Position numbers and translations under genes: made by a program. This document shows positions 19,196 to 28,027 of a stretch of 64,000 bases of DNA, in pieces. The stretch's first letter is position 1; every line of letters begins with the position of its first letter. The notes beneath the pieces are model-generated. The model saw only the letters and a program-made list of their open reading frames with translations. It made no database searches and was not told the origin of the DNA. Source of the stretch: Actinomycetota bacterium. Its GTDB lineage: Bacteria; Actinomycetota; Acidimicrobiia; Acidimicrobiales; Iamiaceae. The stretch spans positions 920-64,919 of the forward strand of contig JBDZUV010000001.1 in the NCBI GenBank assembly GCA_040255345.1, written 5' to 3'.

Positions 19196-20128
19196 ATGGC
19201 AGAATTCACCGCGGCCGAACTCGAGAAGGCCTGTGACGCGGCGGGCATGGAATTCCCTCCGTTCCTCATCGATCAGCTCGTGGCGGCGGTCGACGCCGGC
19301 AAGCACGTGATCCTCACCGGTCCCCCGGGGACCGGCAAGACCACGCTGGCCTACCTGGCCGGTGAGGTGGGACAACGCTCGATGATGTGCACCGGGTACC
19401 TGCCCACGACCGCGACCACCGAATGGACCACGTTCGAGACGATCGGCGGCTTCCAGCCGACCAATGAAGGGCTGATCTTCAGACCTGGCATGTTCGTCGA
19501 GGCGATCGAGAGCGGCCGCTGGCTCGTGATCGACGAGATGAACCGGTCGAACTTCGACCGCGCGTTCGGCCAACTCTTCACGGTGCTGTCGGGCCAGGCG
19601 GTGGTGCTGCCCTTCAAGCGGGCGGGAAACCCCCGGCACCTCTCGATCGTGCCGCCCGGGGTCGAAGCACCCGACAACACCGAACCGATCCGGGTACCGA
19701 GCACGTGGCGGATCATCTCGACGATGAACGTGTTCGACAAGAACCTGCTCTTCGAGATGAGCTACGCGCTGATGCGCCGCTTCGCGTTCATCGAGGTCGC
19801 CTCGCCCGACGAGGAAGGATTCCGCCGGCTGCTGGGTGGTTCCGATCTGATCCAGAAACTGCTGGCGCTACGGACCTTCCAGGATCTCGGCCCCGCGGTG
19901 TTCCTGGATTCGATGAAGTACGTGCGGCGCCGTTCCAAAGACGAGATCACCCCGTCCAGACTGCTCTTCGAGGTGTTCTACGCGTACTTCCTCCCCCAGT
20001 TCGAGGGGATCGACGATGCCAAGGCCAGGAGGCTGTTCCGGGTCATGGCCGACATGCTCGACCCCGCCGAGGCGCTCGAGGTGAAACGCACCATGGTGGA
20101 CGTCCTCGGTGTCGAACTCGCGGGCTGA
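19196..20128 (+). CDS. McrB-type AAA+ (AAA_5) GTPase lacking an N-terminal reader domain
   Basis: Track ORF 19040..20128 trimmed to ATG 19196 (MAEFTAAELEK...). Walker A is ILTGPPGTGKT at about residue 40. Also present are WLVIDEMNRSNFDRAFGQLFTVL and STMNVFDKNLLFEMSYALMRRFAFIEV (McrB-like DExNRxN, NxxD and RRF signatures). Confidence 0.8.
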   Translation: MAEFTAAELEKACDAAGMEFPPFLIDQLVAAVDAGKHVILTGPPGTGKTTLAYLAGEVGQRSMMCTGYLPTTATTEWTTFETIGGFQPTNEGLIFRPGMFVEAIESGRWLVIDEMNRSNFDRAFGQLFTVLSGQAVVLPFKRAGNPRHLSIVPPGVEAPDNTEPIRVPSTWRIISTMNVFDKNLLFEMSYALMRRFAFIEVASPDEEGFRRLLGGSDLIQKLLALRTFQDLGPAVFLDSMKYVRRRSKDEITPSRLLFEVFYAYFLPQFEGIDDAKARRLFRVMADMLDPAEALEVKRTMVDVLGVELAG

Positions 20129-20131
20129 CAC

Positions 20132-21175
20132 GTGACCGAGGCGACGCCGGTACGGTCGTCGGTCGGGCCGTCCGGGCAACAGAGGATCGAGCCGGGCGAT
20201 CCCAATGCAGCCACGCGGGTGCTGTGGGAAAATCTCTCCCGGCCGCTCGCGGTCAGCGACGCGGCCCGGGCCTTGTTCGGGCTCTCCTTCGATGTGATCC
20301 GCCAGCTCGCCGGTGCGCTGGTCGCCACGTCGGCCGAGGCCGAGGCGCTGCTCCTCACGATGCCCGAGGTGTTGCGGAATCTGTCGATCACGACCGTCCA
20401 GACCGTGGAACGCTGCCAAGGTGAGGTGCGCGGACCGGTGCTGTGGTCCGAGACCGTGTCGGCCCGGGCCGGTACCGCGGGCGCGACCGACGTGTTCGTC
20501 TGCCTCACCGCAAGGCGCGCCTATGACACCCCGCAGAATCGGGTGCTCGTCGCCGCCCTCACCGCGGTACGGCGTTCGGCCGCGGACGCTGATGCGGTCG
20601 CCCGCCAGGCCTACGACGACGAGGTGCTCCTGCGCGCCCGGGCGAACGGCGACGGCGCCCGACGCTTTCTCGAGCACCGGACCATGCGCGACGTGAGCCG
20701 GAAGCGGCCGTCACGCCGCGACGTCGCCAAGGCGGCGGCGGGCCGCAGAAGCCAGCAGTACCTGCCGGCGATCGACCTGTTGCGGCGGATGCGTGACCCG
20801 ATCGGGTTGAACCATCTGCTCCCCTTCACCGATGCCCGGACGGCGTGGCAACACTGGGCGATCGTGAGCCTCGCGGCGCAGCTCCGCAAGCGTGGCGCAC
20901 CGCTCGGCGCATTCCGGGTCACACCGAGCGGCGACGTGCGGGCCGGCCGGCTCACGTTCCGCCACGCGAACGTCGCACGCGAGACCCAGAATCCGCTGCA
21001 CGGGATCCTGTTCGAACGGCTCCTCGTCGACGTGCCCGACGAGGTCGGCACGACCGATGTCGACGCCGCCACCGAGGCGCTGGCGCGACGGGCACAGGGG
21101 CGCATCCCCGTGTTGGTGACCTCGGCCGCCGACATCGAACGGGCCGCTGATCTGGCGTTCTCGGCGATGGCCTGA
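20132..21175 (+). CDS. McrC-like partner protein without recognisable nuclease motif
   Basis: Track ORF. GTG starts 3 nt after the McrB-like stop. VRGPVLWSET...RRAYDTPQNRVLVAALTAV and HGILFERLL resemble McrC family motifs (from memory of E. coli McrC). I found no D...(D/E)xK. Confidence 0.55.
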   Translation: MTEATPVRSSVGPSGQQRIEPGDPNAATRVLWENLSRPLAVSDAARALFGLSFDVIRQLAGALVATSAEAEALLLTMPEVLRNLSITTVQTVERCQGEVRGPVLWSETVSARAGTAGATDVFVCLTARRAYDTPQNRVLVAALTAVRRSAADADAVARQAYDDEVLLRARANGDGARRFLEHRTMRDVSRKRPSRRDVAKAAAGRRSQQYLPAIDLLRRMRDPIGLNHLLPFTDARTAWQHWAIVSLAAQLRKRGAPLGAFRVTPSGDVRAGRLTFRHANVARETQNPLHGILFERLLVDVPDEVGTTDVDAATEALARRAQGRIPVLVTSAADIERAADLAFSAMA

Positions 21176-21205
21176 CCGACCGGTCAGCGTCGGGCCGGCC
21201 GGCGG

Positions 21206-23050
21206 TCAGCTGCGGCGGCGCTGTGACTTCCGGCGGTCGGGTTCGGCGAGGAGCCGCTTGCGGATCCTGATGTGCGTGGGGGTGACCTCGACGAGTTCGT
21301 CGTCCGCGATCCACTCGATCGCGGCTTCGAGTGTGACGTTGCGGGCCGCAGCCAGCTTGATCCCCTCGTCGTGGGAGTGGGTGCGGATGTTGGTCTTCTG
21401 CTTCTCGCGCACCACGTTGACGACCATGTCGTCGACGCGGGCGCTCTCGCCGATCACCATGCCCTCGTACACGTCGACGCCAGGACCGAAGAACAGTTCA
21501 CCCCGGGCCTGGAGGTTGTCGAGTGCGTAACCGGTGGTCGTGCCGTTGCGGTCGGCGATCATGGCGCCGCCCGCACGACTCGGCAGATCACCCGCCCACC
21601 GCATCCAACCCTCGGCGTGGGTGTGCAACAGTGCGGTCCCCCGCGTCGCCGTCAACAGTTGGCTGCGGAACCCGATCAGACCCCTGGCCGGGGCGGTGAA
21701 GGTGACCACCGTCCGTCCGGTGTCACCCGGTCGGAGGTCGACCACCACGCCACGCCGCGGGGCGAGTGCCTGGGTGACCGTACCGACGTGCTCATCGGGC
21801 ACGTCGGCCAGGCCGCGTTCGGCCGGCTCACAGCGGTGGCCGTCGATCTCGCGGATGATGACCTCGGGTCGGGAAACCTGCAGTTCGAAGCCCTCACGCC
21901 GCATCGATTCGATCAGCACGGCGAGCTGCAGTTCGCCACGACCGGCGACCTCGATCACGTCGGGCGAGGCGGTGTCGGCGAGGCGGATCGAGACGTTCCC
22001 GAGCACCTCCCGCTCGAGACGCTCACGAACCTGGCGTGAGGTCACATAGGCGCCGTCCCGGCCGGCGAAGGGCGACGTGTTCGGCCCGAACGTCATCGTC
22101 AGGACCGGTTCGTCGACGGCCAGGCGCGGCAGCGGGTCGAGGTGGTTCGGGTCGGCGAACGTGTCACCGATCTCGACCTCCTCGAAGCCGGACACCACGA
22201 ACAGGTCGCCCGCCGCGATCTCGTCGACGTCGGCCCGACCGATGCCGGTGAACGCCATCAGTGAGGCGAGGCGGCGCTTCACGACCTTGTCGGGATCGGC
22301 ACCGAGCAGCGCAACCTGCGTGCCCTTGACGAGGCGGCCCTGCGCGACCCGACCGATCGCGAGGCGACCGAGGTAGTCCGAGGCGTCCAGGTTGGTGACC
22401 AGGGCCTGCAACGGGGCGTCGGGGTCGCCCCCGGGCGGCGGCACCGCATCGAGAATGGCCGAGAACAACGGCGTGAGATCCGCGTCTTCTCCGGGCATGT
22501 CGAGTCCCTCGACGGCACGGCCCTGCTTGGCGACACAACTGATCACCGGAAAGTCGATGTCGTCTTCGGTGGCGCCCAGATCGAGGAACAGTTCATAGAT
22601 CTCGTCCAGCACCTCCGCCGGCCGGGCGTCGCCGCGGTCGACCTTGTTGATCACCACGATCGTGCGCAATCCGGCGCTGAGCACCTTGGACAGCACGTAG
22701 CGGGTCTGGGGCAGCGGCCCCTCGGCCGCATCGACGAGCAGCAATGCCCCGTCGACCATCGTGAGAGCCCGTTCGACCTCGCCACCGAAGTCGGCGTGAC
22801 CGGGGGTGTCGACCAGGTTGACCCGCGTCCCCTGCCACTGGAGCGACGCGGCCTTCGCGAGGATCGTGATGCCGCGTTCGCGTTCCTGATCCTCGGAATC
22901 CATGACCCGTTCGACCACGGAACGACGGTCCGCGAACGCACCGGATGCCCGCAACAGCGCATCCACGAGGGTGGTCTTGCCATGATCCACGTGAGCCACG
23001 AGGGCGATGTTGCGGACGGGATTCTGGGGCAGCGACTCGGGACGGGACAT
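21206..23050 (-). CDS. typA: Translational GTPase TypA/BipA
   Basis: Track ORF 21206..23110 trimmed to ATG 23050 (MSRPESLPQNPVRNIALVAHVDHGKTTLVDALL). Also has DTPGHADFGGEVER and NKVDR. Confidence 0.95.
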   Translation of the reverse strand: MSRPESLPQNPVRNIALVAHVDHGKTTLVDALLRASGAFADRRSVVERVMDSEDQERERGITILAKAASLQWQGTRVNLVDTPGHADFGGEVERALTMVDGALLLVDAAEGPLPQTRYVLSKVLSAGLRTIVVINKVDRGDARPAEVLDEIYELFLDLGATEDDIDFPVISCVAKQGRAVEGLDMPGEDADLTPLFSAILDAVPPPGGDPDAPLQALVTNLDASDYLGRLAIGRVAQGRLVKGTQVALLGADPDKVVKRRLASLMAFTGIGRADVDEIAAGDLFVVSGFEEVEIGDTFADPNHLDPLPRLAVDEPVLTMTFGPNTSPFAGRDGAYVTSRQVRERLEREVLGNVSIRLADTASPDVIEVAGRGELQLAVLIESMRREGFELQVSRPEVIIREIDGHRCEPAERGLADVPDEHVGTVTQALAPRRGVVVDLRPGDTGRTVVTFTAPARGLIGFRSQLLTATRGTALLHTHAEGWMRWAGDLPSRAGGAMIADRNGTTTGYALDNLQARGELFFGPGVDVYEGMVIGESARVDDMVVNVVREKQKTNIRTHSHDEGIKLAAARNVTLEAAIEWIADDELVEVTPTHIRIRKRLLAEPDRRKSQRRRS

Positions 23051-23134
23051 TGGGCGGGGGGCAATGCTACGGCGACGGGTCGCCGTGCACCCAATACACG
23101 AGTGGGCCACAGGCTCCTGCTAAGCCGGTTGGTG

Positions 23135-24829
23135 ATGCTGCACGTCCGCGCCCTTTTCGTCGACCGGCGGCGTCAGGCGCTGCTCGTCGCGGCCGTGCTC
23201 GTGGGTGTGGTCACCGGATTGGTGGTCGCCGCGTTCGACGCCGTGACGGCCGAGGCTGCGCTCGGGAACCTGTTCGCGGCCCCGCTCGGAGTCCAGGCGA
23301 TCGCGCCGGCGTGCGGGCTGATCGTGGCGTGGCTGTGTCTGCGCTACGTCGCGGGCGGCGCGGACGCGACCACCTCGGACGCGTACATCACGAGCTTCCA
23401 CGACAGGCATCGTCCGTTGGACCAACGACCGGTGCTGGGCCGGGTGCTGGCGAGCATCGCCACCCTCGGGTCCGGTGGAGCCATGGGTTTCGAAGGGCCG
23501 GCGATCTACATCGGCTCCGCGGTCGGGTCGGCCGCCCAGTCGCGCTTCGGCCGCCTGCTCCGCTCTGAAGACACCAAGGCACTTCTCGTCGCCGGCGCGG
23601 CCGGCGGGTTGGCCGCCATCTTCAAGGCGCCGGCGACCGGGGTGCTCTATGCCCTGGAGGTCCCCTATACCGAGGACATCGCCCGGCACGGCATCGTGGC
23701 GTCGCTGGTGGCCGCCGCGTCGAGCTATCTGACCTTCGTGGTGGTGATGGGCACCGACCCGATCGTCCATCTGTCGACCGCTGGGACGAGTTTCACCGGG
23801 GTGGACCTTTTCGGTGCGGCGGTCGTCGGGGTCCTCGCCGGGTTGGGCGCCCGGGGTTTCGTGTGGGTGTTGGCCTGGTCGAAACGGATGGCGCACTCGT
23901 TGGGTCCGGTGGTCCGTGTCGGACTGTTCGGAGCGGGAAGCGCAGCGCTGGTGCTGGGCTCCCAGGCGTTGTTCGACGACACGCTGTCACTCGGGCCCGG
24001 CTACCAGATCTTCGGCTGGCTCGCCGACCCGCATCGTGCCGTGTGGCTGATCGTGGCGCTGCTCGTGGTCAGGCTTCTCGCGTTCGCCTGCACGGTCGCC
24101 GGCGGCGGAGCCGGCGGCAAGTTCATCCCGCTGGTGGTGGAAGGAGCGGTCCTCGGTCGACTCGTCGCTGGTGGGTTGGCAGCGGCGGGACTGCATTCAG
24201 GGGCCGACCCGGCCACGACGATGTCGTTGTTCACGGTGCTTGGAATAGCGGCGTTCCTCGGCGCCGGATACCGCACCCCGCTCGCCGGGGTCATGTTCGT
24301 CGCCGAGTCCACCGGCAAGGCGGTGTTCGTGGTCCCGGGGCTGATCGCCGCAGCGATCTCGCAGTTGTTCATGGCCGACAAGTCGGTGTCGCCCATGCAG
24401 CAGAGCCGCCGCCACGGCCACCTCGAGGGTCGCTTCGAACTTCCGGTCACCAGCGTGTTGATGACCGATGTGCTCACGCTGCCCGCGGATGCCACGGTGG
24501 CCGAGTTCGTGTCGCGACACGTGGTGCAGAACCGGCAACGCACCGCGGTCGTCCTCGGAGACGACGGGAACTACCTGGGTTTGTGTGTGCTCCGCGACGC
24601 CGCCGCGGTGCCCCGTGAGGAATGGAACGCACGCGCGGTGACCGACGTGATGCGCACCGACGTGCCGACGGCTGCGCTCACCTGGCAGCTCCGCGACGCG
24701 TTGGCGGCGCTGGAGGGCATCGAAGCGGACCGCTTGGCCGTCCTCGACGACACCGGCGCGTTCGTCGGCGAGGTCCGTCGCGAGGAGATCTTCAAACTGG
24801 ACGAGTTGCTCGACGACGCGGGTCGTTGA
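23135..24829 (+). CDS. ClC-family chloride channel / H+-Cl- antiporter with C-terminal CBS pair
   Basis: Track ORF 22796..24829 trimmed to ATG 23135 (MLHVRALFVDRRRQ...). Motifs are GSGGAMGFEGPAIYIGSAVG and GGKFIPLVVEGA. The C-terminal roughly 130 aa look CBS-like. Confidence 0.85.
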   Translation: MLHVRALFVDRRRQALLVAAVLVGVVTGLVVAAFDAVTAEAALGNLFAAPLGVQAIAPACGLIVAWLCLRYVAGGADATTSDAYITSFHDRHRPLDQRPVLGRVLASIATLGSGGAMGFEGPAIYIGSAVGSAAQSRFGRLLRSEDTKALLVAGAAGGLAAIFKAPATGVLYALEVPYTEDIARHGIVASLVAAASSYLTFVVVMGTDPIVHLSTAGTSFTGVDLFGAAVVGVLAGLGARGFVWVLAWSKRMAHSLGPVVRVGLFGAGSAALVLGSQALFDDTLSLGPGYQIFGWLADPHRAVWLIVALLVVRLLAFACTVAGGGAGGKFIPLVVEGAVLGRLVAGGLAAAGLHSGADPATTMSLFTVLGIAAFLGAGYRTPLAGVMFVAESTGKAVFVVPGLIAAAISQLFMADKSVSPMQQSRRHGHLEGRFELPVTSVLMTDVLTLPADATVAEFVSRHVVQNRQRTAVVLGDDGNYLGLCVLRDAAAVPREEWNARAVTDVMRTDVPTAALTWQLRDALAALEGIEADRLAVLDDTGAFVGEVRREEIFKLDELLDDAGR

Positions 24830-24867
24830 CCCGGCGAACGTGGCGCCGCCCCACCGGCACCGTGACC

Positions 24868-25047
24868 TCAGTCGTCGGTGGTCGATTCCTCGAAAAGGCA
24901 CCACGAGGCATGATCCGCTCCCGGGAGTGCATCGCATTCGGGGCACGGCTCTTCCCGACCTCCGCTGAGCAATTCATCGAAGTCAGGACTTGTCGTGCGT
25001 TTGAGCGCACGCGCTTCTTCGAAGCGACGATGGCGACCCTTTTTCAC
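24868..25047 (-). CDS. Candidate 59-aa small protein with CxxC...H...C knuckle
   Basis: Below the ORF-track length cutoff; own translation gives (M)KKGRHRRFEEARALKRTTSPDFDELLSGGREEPCPECDALPGADHASWCLFEESTTDD. The GTG start is preceded by GGGAG with a 6-nt spacing. GC3 is lower than in neighbouring genes, so coding status is unproven. Confidence 0.4.
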   Translation of the reverse strand: MKKGRHRRFEEARALKRTTSPDFDELLSGGREEPCPECDALPGADHASWCLFEESTTDD

Positions 25048-25224
25048 CGGCCACTCCCACTAGGCGAACGTCCGTGGATCCGTGAAAAGCACGGACACTG
25101 CTGGGCATCCTATGGCCTCGTGCCGACCTTTCCCAATCCGCCCTCGATCCGCTCCCGATCCCGTCCGATCCGGCCGATCGGGGGCCGTCGAAGCGGCGGT
25201 GGGCCCCCGAGTACCCTCTCGTGC

Positions 25225-26808
25225 ATGGGTGATCCGAGCAGGTCAGCAATCAGATGGTGGGAAGACGCGGTCGTCTACCAGATCTATCCACGGTCGTTCG
25301 CCGACCACGACGGAGACGGAGTCGGCGACCTCGCCGGGATCCGCGATCGGCTCGACCACCTGTCGTGGCTGGGCGTCGACACCATCTGGTTGTCGCCGAT
25401 CTACCCGTCACCGATGGCCGACTTCGGCTACGACGTGGCCGACTACTGCGGAGTCGATCCGCTCTTCGGCACCCTGGACGAGTTCGATGCGCTGCTCGAA
25501 GACATCCACCGCCGTGACATGCGGTTGCTGCTCGACTGGGTGCCGAACCACACCTCCGATGCCCACCCCTGGTTCCGCGATGCCATCGGCGGGCGTGACG
25601 CCTCCCACCGTGACTACTACATCTGGCGTGACCCGGCGCCCGAAGGTGGCCCACCCAACAACTGGACCGACGCGTTTCTCGGGGCGCCGGCCTGGACGAT
25701 GGACGAGGCGAGCGGTCAGTACTATCTGCACCTGTTCCTGCCCGGCCAGCCCGACCTGAACTGGGCGAACCCCGAGGTCGAGTCCGCGATGCACGACACC
25801 CTGCGTTTCTGGCTCGACCGGGGCGTCGACGGTTTCCGGGCCGACGTGGTGTTCGCCATCGGCAAGGACCCGGCACTCCCTGATGATCCGCCGGAATACG
25901 TGGGACTCCCCCACTGTGTGCTCCACGACGACCCGGCGACCCATCCGCTCCTTCGACGGATCCGCACCCTGCTCGACTCGTACCCGCAGCAACCGATGAT
26001 GGTCGGCGAGGTCGTGCTGTTGGACGTCGAATTGATGATCCCGTATCTCGGCAACGACGACGAATTGCACCTGTCGTTCAACTTCGCGCCAACGCATCTG
26101 CCCTGGGACGCGGGCCTGTGGCGCGACGCGATCCAGGCCGCAGAGACGGCGCACGGCCGTGTGGGCGCCTGGCCGACCTGGGTGTTGTCGAACCACGATC
26201 TCCCCCGCCACCGCACGCGGTTCGCCAACTGGCCGAACGCCGAGGTCGACGCCGAAGGCTCCGAGCAACGCGCCCGGGCTGCGGCGGTGTTGCTCACCAC
26301 CCTGCGCGGTACGCCGTTCTTCTACCAGGGCGAGGAGCTCGGTCTGGAAGACGCGATCGTCCCCGACGACCGGGTGCTCGACCCGGGAGGTCGCGACGGC
26401 TGTCGCGCACCGATTCCGTGGGACGCGTCGCCCGGCCACGGGTGGCAGAACCCCTGGTTGCCGCTGCCGCCGGACGCCGACGTGCGCAACGTCGCCACCG
26501 AACGTGACGACCCCGGGTCGATGGTGCACCTCTACCGGGCGTTGCTCGACCTACGTCGCCGGACCGTGGCGTTGCGCGACGGCACCTGTGAGGTGATCGC
26601 CACGCCTGACGGAGTGGTCGGTTACCGGCGCGTGGCCGACGGTGCGGCGCCGGTCACGGTGCTGATCTCGATGAGTGACGAACCCGTGTCGGTCGACGGT
26701 ATCGACGGCACATTGCTGATCGACTCGCTGGGGGAACTCGCGCCGGGCGCCGGATTCGACGGGAAACTCGCCGCTCGTCAGGCCGTGGTGGTGCAGACGG
26801 AACCCTGA
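25225..26808 (+). CDS. GH13 alpha-glucosidase / oligo-1,6-glucosidase family
   Basis: Track ORF 24622..26808 trimmed to ATG 25225 (MGDPSRSAIRWWEDAVVYQIYPRSFAD). Motifs are DTIWLSPIYPSPMADFGYDVADY, DGFRADVV, GEV and SNHD. Confidence 0.9.
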   Translation: MGDPSRSAIRWWEDAVVYQIYPRSFADHDGDGVGDLAGIRDRLDHLSWLGVDTIWLSPIYPSPMADFGYDVADYCGVDPLFGTLDEFDALLEDIHRRDMRLLLDWVPNHTSDAHPWFRDAIGGRDASHRDYYIWRDPAPEGGPPNNWTDAFLGAPAWTMDEASGQYYLHLFLPGQPDLNWANPEVESAMHDTLRFWLDRGVDGFRADVVFAIGKDPALPDDPPEYVGLPHCVLHDDPATHPLLRRIRTLLDSYPQQPMMVGEVVLLDVELMIPYLGNDDELHLSFNFAPTHLPWDAGLWRDAIQAAETAHGRVGAWPTWVLSNHDLPRHRTRFANWPNAEVDAEGSEQRARAAAVLLTTLRGTPFFYQGEELGLEDAIVPDDRVLDPGGRDGCRAPIPWDASPGHGWQNPWLPLPPDADVRNVATERDDPGSMVHLYRALLDLRRRTVALRDGTCEVIATPDGVVGYRRVADGAAPVTVLISMSDEPVSVDGIDGTLLIDSLGELAPGAGFDGKLAARQAVVVQTEP

Positions 26809-26854
26809 CTGCCTGGCTGGCCTGGCGCGGGCTTGGCAGTGCGGAGCGTGTGGG

Positions 26855-28027
26855 TCACCTGGTCGACCGGGGTTCGAGCACGATGCCGCGCTCGGGGTCG
26901 AAGGCCAGCGCCGCGTTGCCGTCGAGGAGGTCCTGCATCGGACGTCCGACCAGGTCGCGCCGCCATCCGTCCGCAAGGCGTCCCCGGCCGGAGTGCTCCA
27001 CGAAGTGTTCGATGTCCTTGCGCGTCGCGAGCAACTGGGTGTCGATGCGCAACTCGTGCGCGTACTGGGTGAGCCAGCTCGACACCAACGCGACGGCCGG
27101 GCCCAGGTTGGCGTCCGAACGCTTCGGCGATCTGGGCTCCCGGGCAGGCGGCTCGGCCGCTTCCCCGGCCGCGACGGCCTCGAGCAGTCCCGCAGCGGCA
27201 TCACCTTTGAGCGCTCGGCTGTCGAGTCCGCGGACCTTGCCGAGCGCGGCGACATCGTGGGGTGGGCGCTGCGCGATCGACACCAGCGCCAGGTCGCCCA
27301 ACACGTGGCGGATGGGAATGTCGATCTCTGCGGCTCGCCGCTCCCGCCACGCCGCAACGGTCCGGGCGACCGCCGCAGCACGCCCGCGGAGCCGTCCGGC
27401 CCCTTTCACGCGTCGCCAGGCCTCGTCGGGATCCCGGATCTCGGCGCCACGGTCCCGTTCGATGTCGCATTCCGACAGCGCCCATCCGAGGCGTTCGTTG
27501 GCGGCGAGTTCGGCGACTAGTCGTTCGTGGATGGTGAGCAGATACCGCACATCGTCCGCGGCATAGTCGAGGACACGTGCCGGAAGGGGTCGGACCAGCC
27601 AGTCGGTGAGCCGGTCGGACTTGTTGAGGGCGATGTCGAGCAGACCGGCGTGCAGCACCGCGAGCGATGGGTTGGAATAGCCGAGGAACCCTGCCGCGAT
27701 CTGGGTGTCGAACAGGTTTCGGGGCACGGTGCCGGTGGCCAGGCGAAGCACTTCGAGATCCTGGGACGCGGCGTGGATGACCACCGTCGTGTCCGATTCG
27801 AGCACCTTCGCCATCGGAGCGAGGTCGACCGCCAACGGGTCGATCAGCACCAACTGGTCGGGTTCGTACGACAACTGCACCAGCGCAAGCTTGGGAAAAT
27901 AGGTGCGTTCACGGTGGAACTCGGTGTCGAGCGCGACCGCCGGGGCGTCGCCGAGTTGATCGATGATCTCGGCCAGCCCGGCGTCGGTGTCGACCCAGCG
28001 CGGGGTGGTTGCTTCGCCGACGCTCAC
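26855..28027 (-). CDS. rnd: Ribonuclease D (DEDD 3'-5' exonuclease + HRDC)
   Basis: Track ORF. Features are VALDTEFHRERTYFPKLALVQLS, YAADDVRYL and an HRDC-like C-terminal region. The GTG start overlaps the upstream decarboxylase stop as GTGA. Confidence 0.85.
   Translation of the reverse strand: MSVGEATTPRWVDTDAGLAEIIDQLGDAPAVALDTEFHRERTYFPKLALVQLSYEPDQLVLIDPLAVDLAPMAKVLESDTTVVIHAASQDLEVLRLATGTVPRNLFDTQIAAGFLGYSNPSLAVLHAGLLDIALNKSDRLTDWLVRPLPARVLDYAADDVRYLLTIHERLVAELAANERLGWALSECDIERDRGAEIRDPDEAWRRVKGAGRLRGRAAAVARTVAAWRERRAAEIDIPIRHVLGDLALVSIAQRPPHDVAALGKVRGLDSRALKGDAAAGLLEAVAAGEAAEPPAREPRSPKRSDANLGPAVALVSSWLTQYAHELRIDTQLLATRKDIEHFVEHSGRGRLADGWRRDLVGRPMQDLLDGNAALAFDPERGIVLEPRSTR

Noticed and set aside
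23051-23134. Possible fluoride (crcB-motif) riboswitch upstream of the ClC gene
   Set aside because: I looked for the conserved GGCGATGG...CTGATGA-type core and did not see it. This ClC also carries CBS domains, which differs from the typical riboswitch-controlled ClC-F as I recall it. An Infernal scan would be decisive.
24622-25224. 5' extension of the GH13 ORF (about 200 extra codons)
   Set aside because: It is Arg-rich non-protein-like sequence overlapping the ClC 3' end. The family N-terminus (WWEDAVVYQIYPRSF) starts right after ATG 25225.
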